NCBI GenBank assembly: GCA_012799995.1
Contig: JAAZKE010000025.1
Coordinates: 6,847-70,846, forward strand
Direction: 5' to 3'
Length of the DNA stretch: 64,000 bases
From: Chloroflexota bacterium
Lineage (GTDB): Bacteria > Chloroflexota > Anaerolineae > Anaerolineales > Anaerolineaceae
Under the pieces are notes generated by a model. It saw only the letters and a program-made list of their open reading frames with translations, did no database searches and was not told the DNA's origin. The position numbers were made by a program, and so were the translations under genes. Below, piece by piece: positions 39,200 to 49,192 of the stretch (position 1 is its first letter; each line of letters starts with the position of its first letter).

Positions 39200-39921
39200 T
39201 TTTTCCAGCGATAACCACCGTCGACAGGAATGTCAACGCCGGTAATAAAAGGATTGTCCCAAAGGTAGTCAATTGCGCCAATAATATCATTGGGTGATCC
39301 GGGCGATTGCAACAGTGTTTTCTGGATCAGCGTATCCCAGCTTGCAACGCTGGTGTTTTCATCTTTCAAGATTAGCCCTGGAGAGACTGAATTGACTCTG
39401 ATTTTTGGTGCAAAGGTTTTTGCCAGGAGGACTGTCAATTCCAACAACGCACTTTTGCTCAGCCCATAAATTCCGTACTCCGTCCAGTGCTGATAGGCAG
39501 CAGAATCGGCAATATTGACAATCAGCGATCTATCCTCGCGAGATTGCATCACAATTGCAGCTTCCTTTGCACATAACCAGGCAGCGCGCAAATTAACGTT
39601 CATCAGAGTATCCCAAGTATCCACATCAGCCTGATCCAGTCGGCTCTTCTGAAAGATGGCAGCGTTGTTCACCAGCAGTGCAAGATTTCCTTCGGCTTTC
39701 ACTTTCACGAATGCCTGCATTATTTGCCCCGGTTGGAGCAGGTCCGCTTCCAGAATTTCAACGAAATTGTCACCCGCCTGCAGTTGTTGCTGCAAATGGA
39801 TAATTTCATCGTTTCGATCATGACAGTGCAGCCAAATATTGAATCCACGATCAGCCAAGTGAGTGGCAATCGCTCTTCCCAGTCTGTTAGTTGCTCCGGT
39901 GACAAACGCAGAAGGTCTCAT
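39196..39921 (-). CDS. Short-chain dehydrogenase/reductase, pteridine reductase (FolM/PTR1)-like
   Basis: TGATNRLG (Arg-type Gly motif), LH, NNAAIF, NIAD, YGLSK and RVNSVSPG motifs. ATG 39921 overlaps the upstream TGA. Confidence 0.8.
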   Translation of the reverse strand: MRPSAFVTGATNRLGRAIATHLADRGFNIWLHCHDRNDEIIHLQQQLQAGDNFVEILEADLLQPGQIMQAFVKVKAEGNLALLVNNAAIFQKSRLDQADVDTWDTLMNVNLRAAWLCAKEAAIVMQSREDRSLIVNIADSAAYQHWTEYGIYGLSKSALLELTVLLAKTFAPKIRVNSVSPGLILKDENTSVASWDTLIQKTLLQSPGSPNDIIGAIDYLWDNPFITGVDIPVDGGYRWKK

Positions 39922-40178
39922 GCAAATAAATCCTGCAAAACTGCTTTCAGGTCTTGGCGACTGGTTATCGCGAAACGATCCCATTTCAGCGCCTCTCCTG
40001 CAATTGTAAACTTGCTGGAAATAACATGATTCGTTTCCAGGCAGCCGAGGCAAATGTTCGAAGTTCCACCGGTATTAACTAATGCAGTCTTACACGGGAG
40101 CTTGATTCCGCCAAGGTTGGACAGCTCACCAATCCCATAAACAATATTTGCGGGAATTGAGAAACGATAGCCTGTCAT
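39918..40178 (-). pseudogene. 86-aa ORF resembling the N-terminus of an iron-containing alcohol dehydrogenase
   Basis: GGAGG SD. RFSIPANIVYGIGELSNLG...LP.K.ALV.TGG matches the family start (F..PT.I.FG.G....L....K.ALIVTG), but it ends after 86 aa instead of about 380. Confidence 0.5.
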
Positions 40179-40210
40179 GCCTGCCTCCGAAAAGTGCTGA
40201 ACAGGGCAGG

Positions 40211-41701
40211 TTAAGCCGCCTTCAGCATCTTTTCCGCGTTCTTTATGCGTTCAAGAACAACATCCTGTCCGATGATTTCCATACTTTCAAACAGCGGCGG
40301 GCTGATCTTTTGTCCCGTTACTGCTACACGCAATACACCAAACACCTGAGCCGGTTTTAATGCCAGTTCTTCAACTAAAGCTCGCATTTCCGGTTCGCCA
40401 TGATCTTTGTCAATAACCGGCAGCGCAGACAAGATTTGATAGCTTTTCGTAGCGATATCAGCGCATTGTGCTGCGTCTAATCCCTTCTGAACCAGGTCTT
40501 CTAATTTTGGATGAACTTCCTTTTCGAAGAAGAAACCGGCAATCTTGGGTGCCTCGTCCAATCCTGCAATCCGCTCCTGGATGATGGGGGTGATTTTTTT
40601 CAACGTATCCAGATCAGCCGTGTATCCATCAGCTTCAAAGTAAGGTTGAATCCTCTGTGCCAGATCATCAATCTCAAGCATTCGGATGTGAACACCATTG
40701 AAATAGTCCAGTTTGGTGAAATTAATCGCAGCTGGCGAAGGATTGAGATGTTCCAGTGAAAAGGCATCGATCAGCTGACTCATATTGAAAATTTCGGTAC
40801 GGTCGTCATAACTCCAGCCCATCAAGGCAATCCAATTCGTAACGGCTTCATCGACGTACCCGAGATCCTTTAGATCGGTCAGGAAAATAGAATATCCGTC
40901 TTTAATCAAATCTGCCGACTCACGTTTGGACATTTTCCCTTTCCCACTCGGTTTAAGGAAAACCGATAAATGGATCCAAACTGGTTCATCCCAACCGAAT
41001 GCCTTTAGAATCAGGTGATGTAAGGGCAGAGTTGGGATCCATTCAGATCCGCGGATCACATGGCTGATTTTCATCAGATGATCATCCACCATTGCTGCCA
41101 GATGATAAAGCGCCCAGCCATCTGACTTTACGATAATGTAGTCGTCGATAGTCTTGTTCTCAACTGTGATCTCCCCTCTCAGCAAATCACGGACGGTTGT
41201 AGTTCCCTCTTTTGGAGTCTTGAACCGAATCACATAACTTTCTCCGGCAGCAATGCGTTTGCGTGCCTCTTCAACCGGAATATCGCGGCAAAGACCGTCA
41301 TAATGAGGAAATTCTTTCCGTTGCTGCTGGAGACGCTTCATCTCACTTAAACGGTCTGTGCTGCAAAAACAATAGAAAGCATCGCCCTGGTCAATCAGTT
41401 GCTCTGCGTAGCGCTGATAAATCTCTTTTCTTTGTGACTGCCGATAAGGACCATAAGGTCCCCCTTTGTCAGGCCCCTCATCCCAGTCGATCCCCAGCCA
41501 GTGAAGCCCATCGATAATTTCCTGTTCTGCAGTTTCCACATAACGTTTCTGGTCGGTATCTTCTATCCGCAGGATAAATTTCCCGCCCATTTTTTTCACC
41601 AGCAGGTAATTGTATAAAGCCGTCCTGCCGCCGCCCAGGTGCAAACGACCGGTCGGGGAAGGGGCAAAGCGAACGCGAACTTCTTTTTGATTTTCAGACA
41701 T
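40211..41701 (-). CDS. gltX: Glutamate--tRNA ligase
   Basis: RVRFAPSPTG.LHLGG, LRIEDTD, PYRQS.R, H.IRG.EW and KMSKR motifs. Start at ATG 41701. Confidence 0.96.
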   Translation of the reverse strand: MSENQKEVRVRFAPSPTGRLHLGGGRTALYNYLLVKKMGGKFILRIEDTDQKRYVETAEQEIIDGLHWLGIDWDEGPDKGGPYGPYRQSQRKEIYQRYAEQLIDQGDAFYCFCSTDRLSEMKRLQQQRKEFPHYDGLCRDIPVEEARKRIAAGESYVIRFKTPKEGTTTVRDLLRGEITVENKTIDDYIIVKSDGWALYHLAAMVDDHLMKISHVIRGSEWIPTLPLHHLILKAFGWDEPVWIHLSVFLKPSGKGKMSKRESADLIKDGYSIFLTDLKDLGYVDEAVTNWIALMGWSYDDRTEIFNMSQLIDAFSLEHLNPSPAAINFTKLDYFNGVHIRMLEIDDLAQRIQPYFEADGYTADLDTLKKITPIIQERIAGLDEAPKIAGFFFEKEVHPKLEDLVQKGLDAAQCADIATKSYQILSALPVIDKDHGEPEMRALVEELALKPAQVFGVLRVAVTGQKISPPLFESMEIIGQDVVLERIKNAEKMLKAA

Positions 41702-41741
41702 GTTTTTCAACTTTCTATCGTTAAATTTTTGATAATCTGTT

Positions 41742-42869
41742 TTACAGGTTATCTTCCTTTTGTTCCTGACGCGATACAATGCTCTCTACCAGTCCAATTG
41801 CGGTTGACAAAGCCAGTGTTGAAGAACCGCCATAGCTGATGAATGGCAACGTCAAACCGGTTACTGGGAGAACTTGCAGGTTTACTCCAATATTAACCGC
41901 CATTTGGAAGGAAATCAATGTTGCTACCCCATAACAAATGAGTGCGCCAAAATAATCCGGTGCGACGCGTGCAGCACGCAGACAGCGAAACACCACGAAC
42001 AGCAGCAACAGCGTAACAGTAACTGTTCCGACCAGCCCAAATTCCTGACCAAGCGCTGAAAAAATAAAATCGGTATGACGCACCTTGAGGAATCGCAGCT
42101 GAACCTGGGTTCCGTTCATATATCCCTGACCAAACCAGCCTCCAGACCCCAACGAGATGACTGCCTGGTCAACGTTATATTTATCACCGTATCGCGCTGT
42201 TTCATCCGGTGCAAAGAAAGTTCGCAGCCGGTTTAACTGGTATTCCTGGATGAATGGAATGGTATCAGGAGAGACAAACAGCCAGATTACGATTCCAATC
42301 AGGATCAAAAAGCCAACGATTCCCAAAATGAGCAGATGTTTTCCTTTCACATTGCTCACCCACAACATCGAGAACCAGATGACCATCATCACGATGGAAG
42401 TACTCATGTTCGGTTGAAGCAAAATGAAAGTTGTAATTACCATTGCAATCAGGAAGCTGTTCAGAATCCAGCGGAAATCATGGTTCGAATCCTGTCGGTC
42501 GGAAAAATACTTCGCCAGCCGTATAATCAAAATAATTTTGGCAAACTCAGAGGGTTGTAGACGAATCGGACCGATACTGAGCCATCGAGCAGAGCCAAAA
42601 GTAGCAGTACCAAAAATCCGCAATGCAAACAACAGCACAATGATCCCGATATACAACAAATTCGCAATGGAATCGAGATAGTGATAGTCAATCAGAGTCA
42701 GAACAATAATGCCGACAATCCCAATCCCAACATAGAGGATCTGGCTGTCAATGCTGACTTCCAGGTTGCCTGCAAGCGCTGACTGGATCATGATGATCCC
42801 GAAAATAGCTAGAATCACCACCACGCCAAACAGCCAATAGTCAAAATTTCGTAGAATACCTTTTCTCAT
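41742..42869 (-). CDS. rodA: Rod shape-determining SEDS protein
   Basis: ARW...G...LQPSEFAKI, QP..ST, GSGG..GQG....TQ, HTDFIF..LG.EFG and TG.TLPFISYGGSS motifs; follows the PBP2 gene. Confidence 0.92.
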   Translation of the reverse strand: MRKGILRNFDYWLFGVVVILAIFGIIMIQSALAGNLEVSIDSQILYVGIGIVGIIVLTLIDYHYLDSIANLLYIGIIVLLFALRIFGTATFGSARWLSIGPIRLQPSEFAKIILIIRLAKYFSDRQDSNHDFRWILNSFLIAMVITTFILLQPNMSTSIVMMVIWFSMLWVSNVKGKHLLILGIVGFLILIGIVIWLFVSPDTIPFIQEYQLNRLRTFFAPDETARYGDKYNVDQAVISLGSGGWFGQGYMNGTQVQLRFLKVRHTDFIFSALGQEFGLVGTVTVTLLLLFVVFRCLRAARVAPDYFGALICYGVATLISFQMAVNIGVNLQVLPVTGLTLPFISYGGSSTLALSTAIGLVESIVSRQEQKEDNL

Positions 42870-42915
42870 GAATTTATCTTCAGCTCAGGAATTCTTGAAT
42901 AACAGAGAATCTCCA

Positions 42916-45003
42916 TTAACCACCGTTCTTTTCGAGGTCGTATTCTTTCAAAAGGAAAAAGTTGTCGATAATCCGACGCACCGTAAACCCGGCTGACTGA
43001 GACCCCTCTTTTCCGTTATACAGGAATACGACTACAGCCACCTCAGGATTATCGTACGGCGCATATCCCACTGTCCAGGCATGTGAAGGCCATCTGCCAA
43101 ACTGGCACAACCCTTTGCTGTTTGCAATATCGTCACAGTATTCCGCTGTTCCGGTTTTGGCAGATGAATCATGGGTATCCCCTTCAAATGCCATTTCGGC
43201 GGTACCGCCTGGTTGGGTAACCAGGCGCAACCCCTGCCTCGTCAGCTCAACCACATGAGGATCGACCGTCTTAAACTCTCCCGTTTCCTGATCATCCTGA
43301 TCGTAAACCATGATTTTAGGATCTTTGGTGATATCCCAAAGCATTTGCGGCGTAAAAGGCAGAATCACGTTCCCCCGGGGATCCAACACTTCCCTGATGA
43401 TAGTAGGTTTCACATGAATTCCCTGATTTGCAACTGTGACAAATGATCCAAGCACCTGAAGAGGAGACGCGTTGATATATCCCTGCCCCATCGATGCAAG
43501 GTAGGTATCACCTGTCGCCCAGGACTCTCCACGATTTACCCGTTTCCAGGTACGGGTTGGAATCATTCCGGTTTCCTCACCGGTCAGTTCGATGCCGGAT
43601 ATTTCACCATACCCCAGCGCATGAGCGTACTGTCCGAGCAGGTCAATGCCCAGTCCTTTCGGGACTTCATCCTGAAAGCCGCCGCCGACCTTGTTGAAAT
43701 ACAGGTTGCAGGACCAGGCAAGCGCATGAATATAATCCACCTGCCCATGGCCAGTTCGCACGTGACAGACGTATTCCTGCTGCGACCCAGGATCGTTAGG
43801 CGAGAAACTGTTCTGAACAAAAATGTGTCCCGGGCAGTTGATGAACTGGTCAGGGGAAACAATATTTTCATTAATTGCACCAATCCCTGTAACAATCTTA
43901 AATACGGATCCCGGAGGCTGTGCCACCTGAGTAACGTGGTTGAGCAACGGTTTTGACTGATCCAATGATAATTGTTGATAATAATAAGAAGGAATATAGC
44001 GGGTCATGCGGTTGTTTTCGAAGGTGGGTTCAGAAACTAACGCCAGCACCTCACCGGTCTGCGGATTCATCACCATAGCCGCGCCATCATAGGTCAAAGG
44101 GCCAGTCAGATTACGCTGATTCCAGTATTCCATCGTATCGAGCAAAGCTGCTCTTGCGACCTGTTGTAAGCGAACATCAATCGTAAGTTTTATGTTGTAA
44201 CCGGCTACCGGATCCAAGGGTGGTTCCAAATCACGTTTTTCCAGCCCCGCCACATCTACTTCTACAACGCGGTGTCCGTTCTTTCCCGACAGCAAATCCT
44301 GCAAAGAAGATTCAACGCCTGCATAACCATATTTGTCTTTGTCCAACAGGAACCCGCGATTCTCCATGTCATCGGCAACGATGTTGGGAATTGGCCCCAG
44401 AAAGCCGACCACCTCAGAGGTGTCATATCCGGTTGGATATTCACGAATCGAATTGACACGTACGCCAACCCCTGGCATATTCTCGGACATTTCCAAAACC
44501 CGCCGTGCAATTTCTTCAGTTACGTCGCACTTGATCCCTGTTTCCTGGTACGGGCTCAATGAACCCGAAATATAGACAATCTGTGTGATTCCGAAATCAG
44601 TTCCACATTCGCTGTACAAACGCACGGTTTCTTCATTGATTTCGCCGTTATTAACCGGCACTTCGATGATTTCAGAGAGAACCCGATAAATCCGCTGTGT
44701 ATCCCCTTCATCTGCCGGGAGGTTTGCAGGCGTGATGACAATATCGTAAGTCGGCACATTGCGCGCCAGGACTACATTATTGCGATCATAAATAATTCCG
44801 CGCGTGGTTTGCTCACGAATTATGGTGATCCTATTTTCATCGGCGAGTGCTTTGTAATACTCTCCTTCCACAATTTGAATCATAAACAACCGATAAAAAT
44901 AAAACAGGAATACCAACGCCAGTACGATGTAAAAAGCTACAAATCTTGAATTCTTAAAATCGAGTTTGTTCGAATCCCTGTTGAAGTTCAAACTATTCCA
45001 CAT
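42916..45003 (-). CDS. mrdA: Penicillin-binding protein 2
   Basis: RG.IYDRN, PGSVFK (SxxK), SCN, KTGTAE and HAW motifs. Confidence 0.92.
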   Translation of the reverse strand: MWNSLNFNRDSNKLDFKNSRFVAFYIVLALVFLFYFYRLFMIQIVEGEYYKALADENRITIIREQTTRGIIYDRNNVVLARNVPTYDIVITPANLPADEGDTQRIYRVLSEIIEVPVNNGEINEETVRLYSECGTDFGITQIVYISGSLSPYQETGIKCDVTEEIARRVLEMSENMPGVGVRVNSIREYPTGYDTSEVVGFLGPIPNIVADDMENRGFLLDKDKYGYAGVESSLQDLLSGKNGHRVVEVDVAGLEKRDLEPPLDPVAGYNIKLTIDVRLQQVARAALLDTMEYWNQRNLTGPLTYDGAAMVMNPQTGEVLALVSEPTFENNRMTRYIPSYYYQQLSLDQSKPLLNHVTQVAQPPGSVFKIVTGIGAINENIVSPDQFINCPGHIFVQNSFSPNDPGSQQEYVCHVRTGHGQVDYIHALAWSCNLYFNKVGGGFQDEVPKGLGIDLLGQYAHALGYGEISGIELTGEETGMIPTRTWKRVNRGESWATGDTYLASMGQGYINASPLQVLGSFVTVANQGIHVKPTIIREVLDPRGNVILPFTPQMLWDITKDPKIMVYDQDDQETGEFKTVDPHVVELTRQGLRLVTQPGGTAEMAFEGDTHDSSAKTGTAEYCDDIANSKGLCQFGRWPSHAWTVGYAPYDNPEVAVVVFLYNGKEGSQSAGFTVRRIIDNFFLLKEYDLEKNGG

Positions 45004-45496
45004 CCTTTCGCCGGCATATTGCCGATGCCAGGTCGTTTAACAAACCGTAGACCGGAATCGCCAGCAATAAGTTCAATGTCAATGAGGGAATTATAATTTG
45101 TGTCAACGCTAGGTTAAAATCGATCGTATTTACGCTGAAATTTAAGATTCCATAAGATATCCCTGCGCTGATCAGCGATCCGAAGATTGTAACCAGCAGC
45201 ATCAGGATCAGTGGCATTTGCCAGAAAAAAGTCTTCAAAAAAAGAATAAATAACCAGACTATTCCATAAATTAAAAAATATCCATAAAAGGGAATTGCCG
45301 ACAGATAGGTCATAATGATGGCGCCTGAGACTGCCCATGACCATGAGAAAGAAGTGTTTGGATTGAGAGACCAGGCGATAATTATCAGTAGAATCAGGTC
45401 AGCGGAACCATTCAAAATATGAATTCGGCTGAAGACGGTCGCCTGGAAGATTCCTGCTATAACCATGACAGGGAAAGCAGAGAGTACTTCTAACAT
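44993..45496 (-). CDS. mreD: Rod shape-determining protein MreD
   Basis: Hydrophobic, with AD..L..I.AW motif; lies between mreC and mrdA. Confidence 0.8.
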   Translation of the reverse strand: MLEVLSAFPVMVIAGIFQATVFSRIHILNGSADLILLIIIAWSLNPNTSFSWSWAVSGAIIMTYLSAIPFYGYFLIYGIVWLFILFLKTFFWQMPLILMLLVTIFGSLISAGISYGILNFSVNTIDFNLALTQIIIPSLTLNLLLAIPVYGLLNDLASAICRRKDVE

Positions 45497-45506
45497 TTAC
45501 GCTCGA

Positions 45507-46337
45507 TCATGGCATCAATGGCGCGATATTGGATGGGCGGAAATTCGCAACCACCAACACAGCTGTCAGGTTCATAAAGTCTTCGGATGGCTGCAGGGAG
45601 GCTGACTGGAACAGTTCATTTTCCAGTTTATTCACATTCAGGATTGTTCCAATGGTAATATCCGCCGGATAGTTTCCACCCAGGCCTGAAGTTTGAACGG
45701 TCTGTCCCGGCTCAATGGTGTATTCCTGACTGACCATCTCAATCGTGATATCCGAAGTTACCGACCCACGAACGACGCCATCAATGTCTTCTCCAACAAT
45801 TTTTGAATTTACCAAGGCAGCATTATCGGTAATTAACTGAACACGCGCCGCAGAAGCAGTCACAGCATCGACTCTGCCAACCAGCCCTTTTTCGGTAACA
45901 ACCGGCATATTATAGGCAATCCCATCATCTGAGCCCTTATCAATCAGAATATATTGCAGGAACGGGCTTGGATCCCGGCCAATTACCTTGGCAGCAATGT
46001 ACGTTTCTTCAGGACGTCCACGCGCAAACCCGAGCAACGAATAAAGAATGTCAGCTTCGCGCAGATCCTGTTCCAGCTGAATGATCTGTGTCTGCAACAG
46101 CGATACCTGGTTTTGCAGCGACTGATTTTCCGATCTCAAGCTGACCACATCACGCGGAATGGTAAAGAATTCATAGATAATTTGAACCCGTTCTGACACC
46201 CAGGTTTGAAGCTGGATGACAGGGTCAATCAAGCTTTCCATTGTCGATGTCAGGTAGCCGCTCAAAGCCAGCATCACCATCCCAATTGCAATCAGAAACA
46301 GCACGATTCTTCGCCAGTTATTTCTAAGCATGTTCAT
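45507..46337 (-). CDS. mreC: Rod shape-determining protein MreC
   Basis: TM plus coiled coil, A.VIGRDPS, IDKGS.DG, GLVGRV and TSGLGG.YP motifs. Confidence 0.93.
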   Translation of the reverse strand: MNMLRNNWRRIVLFLIAIGMVMLALSGYLTSTMESLIDPVIQLQTWVSERVQIIYEFFTIPRDVVSLRSENQSLQNQVSLLQTQIIQLEQDLREADILYSLLGFARGRPEETYIAAKVIGRDPSPFLQYILIDKGSDDGIAYNMPVVTEKGLVGRVDAVTASAARVQLITDNAALVNSKIVGEDIDGVVRGSVTSDITIEMVSQEYTIEPGQTVQTSGLGGNYPADITIGTILNVNKLENELFQSASLQPSEDFMNLTAVLVVANFRPSNIAPLMP

Positions 46338-46405
46338 ATTTATGTTCTATTATACTGATTGAGCCAGGAATTGTTTTATCGTCAAACCTTAAGGAAATTT
46401 GTTTT

Positions 46406-47470
46406 TTATCGTTGACTCGAAAAGCGATCAAGGCTGGCAGCGAATTGATCGATGGTAGTGGCATTTTCCAAAACCATCCCGGCACCGCGTGCAACGCACG
46501 TCATCGGATCTTCCGCTACCCATACGCGAATGCTGAGCTCATCGTTAAGCCGCTCAGCCATTCCCAGAATCTGCGAACCACCTCCGGAGAGACAAATGCC
46601 AGTTTCGATCAGGTCAGCGACCAGTTCCGGCGGCGCTTCATCAATTGCATCTTTGATAGTGTCCACTATGACCTGAATGGAACTTGAAATGGCATCACGA
46701 ATCTCAACGCTGGATACTTCAATCGCTTCAGGTAATCCTGTCACCAGGTTACGACCACGGATCACCATGGTCCGTTCCATTTGCAACGGGTGGGCAGAGG
46801 CAATCGAGATTTTAGTTTGTTCAGCCATGCGCTCGCCGATGAACAGGTTGTAGCGGTTACGGATGTAATTCAATATATCCTGGTCGATTTCATCACCGGC
46901 TACGCGCAATGATCGCGAAACGACAATCTCATTCATGGAAAGGATCGCAACTTCAGTTGTACCACCGCCAATGTCAACAACCATAGTGCCGCGAATTTCA
47001 TTAATCGGCAAACCAATCCCGATCGCTGTCGCCTTTGGCTCTTCGATCAGGAACACTTCACGTGCGCCGGCAGCCATGGCAGCATCGAAAACCGCCCGGC
47101 GTTCAACATCGGTTGCCCCGCTGGGGATGCCAATCACAACCCGTGGCCGCGGGAAAGGCGCGATCGTCTGTTGATGAGCTCGACCAATAAAATAACCCAA
47201 CATTGCCTGTGTGATTTCAAATTCAGAAATAACGCCATCGCGCATTGGTCTGACGACCATCAAGCTGGCTGGCGTCCGCCCCAGCATTTCCTTAGCTTGT
47301 GCGCCGATGGCAACTGGATGTCGAGATCGTTTTTCAACCGCAACCCAGGTTGGTTCGTTGATCACAATGCCCTTGCCGCGCACATACACCAGCGTATTGG
47401 CCGTACCGAGATCGATACCAATATCCAGTGAAAATAAGCCCATTAACCAATTTAATGGATTAAACGCCAA
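46406..47470 (-). CDS. mreB: Actin-like rod shape-determining protein
   Basis: IDLGTANT, RPMRDGVI, VDIGGGTTEVA, AGD..D and LSGGG motifs. TTG start behind GGAG. Confidence 0.96.
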   Translation of the reverse strand: MAFNPLNWLMGLFSLDIGIDLGTANTLVYVRGKGIVINEPTWVAVEKRSRHPVAIGAQAKEMLGRTPASLMVVRPMRDGVISEFEITQAMLGYFIGRAHQQTIAPFPRPRVVIGIPSGATDVERRAVFDAAMAAGAREVFLIEEPKATAIGIGLPINEIRGTMVVDIGGGTTEVAILSMNEIVVSRSLRVAGDEIDQDILNYIRNRYNLFIGERMAEQTKISIASAHPLQMERTMVIRGRNLVTGLPEAIEVSSVEIRDAISSSIQVIVDTIKDAIDEAPPELVADLIETGICLSGGGSQILGMAERLNDELSIRVWVAEDPMTCVARGAGMVLENATTIDQFAASLDRFSSQR

Positions 47471-47649
47471 GCGACTTCTCCAAATGTGTCTGGATTCTTA
47501 AATAAATTGAATGATCGAAATTCAAATGAATTCTCAGGGGCAAAATCTCGAAAAAGATTTGATCCATCATAACATGCTGATTATACCAAATTGATCTGAA
47601 CAAACATTGCATCCTGTGGTTTTTCGCTGAGAACTGTATAATTCATTTT

Positions 47650-48150
47650 ATGCTGGGAAAAAGATTAATTCAGATTTGGGTAAATTATCTTAAGAGTCAA
47701 CTGGTTTTGATGGTTTTCATTGGCGTTTTGACCTATCTTTTTGCCAGGGTGGTCGGCTTACCGTATGCATTGCTGATGGCAACGCTGGCGATTATTGGCG
47801 AGGGTATTTCACAAATCGGGCCAATTTTCGCTACTATCACAGCCGTAATAGTAGCTCTATTAAAGGGATCCACCGTGCTGAATGTCGAAAACTGGATTTT
47901 CGCGCTCATCATTTTAGCCGGTTATATACTGATTCAACTATTGGAGAACTGGATCATCAAGCCAAAAGTTGTTGGCTCCATGCTGAATTTAAATCCCTGG
48001 CTTGCACTGATCGGATTGATTATCGCAGGCGCAATCTTTGGAATTCCCGGAGTACTGCTCGTCACCCCGGTGATGGTCAGCATTCGCGAGATTGTCCATT
48101 ATTTCTTCTACGAAAATCGAAATCCTCCACAATCACCAGCAATGCCATGA
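47650..48150 (+). CDS. AI-2E/PerM family transporter, C-terminal half only (166 aa)
   Basis: YLKSQL, GLPYA, IGP, Q.LEN.II.PK.VG..L.LNP and G...FG..G.LL..P motifs. Confidence 0.75.
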   Translation: MLGKRLIQIWVNYLKSQLVLMVFIGVLTYLFARVVGLPYALLMATLAIIGEGISQIGPIFATITAVIVALLKGSTVLNVENWIFALIILAGYILIQLLENWIIKPKVVGSMLNLNPWLALIGLIIAGAIFGIPGVLLVTPVMVSIREIVHYFFYENRNPPQSPAMP

Positions 48151-49061
48151 GTCAGACCCCACTACTTGAATGCGTTCCAAATTTTTCTGAAGGCCGAAAT
48201 GAACGGGTACTCCTGGCGATCCGCACCGCGATTGAAAATGTTCAGGAAGTCAAACTGATCAACGTTCATGCAGATGGCGATCACAACCGCTCGGTATTCA
48301 CAATGCTTGGCAGTCCTGCTCCCCTTAAGGAAGCGGCTTTTCAGGCAACCCGTACGGCAGCTTCCCTGATCGATTTGCCAAATCACGAAGGATGTCATCC
48401 GCGCATCGGAGCGACTGACGTCATCCCTTTCATACCTGTCCGGAACGCAAGCATGCAGGATGCGGTCAATCTCGCCATCGATACTGGTTTTAGAATTGCC
48501 ACTGAGCTTTCGATCCCGGTTTATCTTTATGGGCAAGCTACGCGCAACCCTTTCCATCGCAAACTCGTCAACCTAAGGCGCGGTGGTTACGAAAACCTGC
48601 AATATCGAATCGATACCGAGCCGGATATGTTGCCTGATTTTGGTCCGGTTCAGGTTGGAACAGCTGGTGCAACGGTTGTTGGTGCACGTGACTATTTGAT
48701 CGCGTTCAATGTCTTTTTGAAAAGCGACGATCTGGCATTATCGAAACAAATTGCAAAACAGGTGCGCGAATCATCGGGCGGATTACCGGGAGTACAGGCG
48801 CTCGGGATGATAGTGAAGAACATGGCACAGGTTTCCATGAATCTGACTGATTTCAAGAAAACCTCCCTGATGACCCTTTTTGAAGCTGTTAAAACCGCTG
48901 CCGAACAACACAATACTGCGGTGAACTACAGCGAACTGGTTGGTTGTCTTCCCCAGGCTGCGATTGAGAATATCGATGTCGAAACGCTTCAACTGATCGA
49001 TTTTTCGCCTGATCGGATTCTGGAAACGCATTTTCCCACCTTTGACTGTGTTAATGGATAA
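48147..49061 (+). CDS. ftcD: Glutamate formimidoyltransferase (stand-alone formiminotransferase domain)
   Basis: LLECVPNFSEGR, D.DHNRSV, H.G.HPRIGA.DV.PF.P, GAR..LIAFN and QVSMNL motifs. Confidence 0.92.
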   Translation: MSQTPLLECVPNFSEGRNERVLLAIRTAIENVQEVKLINVHADGDHNRSVFTMLGSPAPLKEAAFQATRTAASLIDLPNHEGCHPRIGATDVIPFIPVRNASMQDAVNLAIDTGFRIATELSIPVYLYGQATRNPFHRKLVNLRRGGYENLQYRIDTEPDMLPDFGPVQVGTAGATVVGARDYLIAFNVFLKSDDLALSKQIAKQVRESSGGLPGVQALGMIVKNMAQVSMNLTDFKKTSLMTLFEAVKTAAEQHNTAVNYSELVGCLPQAAIENIDVETLQLIDFSPDRILETHFPTFDCVNG

Positions 49062-49192
49062 AGCAACTATACAAAATCCTTTTTTACCGTACCTGTAATC
49101 AACAGCCTTCTCTGCATATCAAGACCACTCCTGTCGTGTCTCAACTGTCTGCGCTTACTTTTAGTATATAATCGATAAAATGGGAAAGATAT

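Noticed and set aside
49067-49117. 16-aa minus-strand micro-ORF MQRRLLITGTVKKDFV with AGGAG, faintly like acylphosphatase/HypF N-termini
   Set aside because: It is too short, lacks the QGVGFR motif and is antisense to a co-directional gene run.
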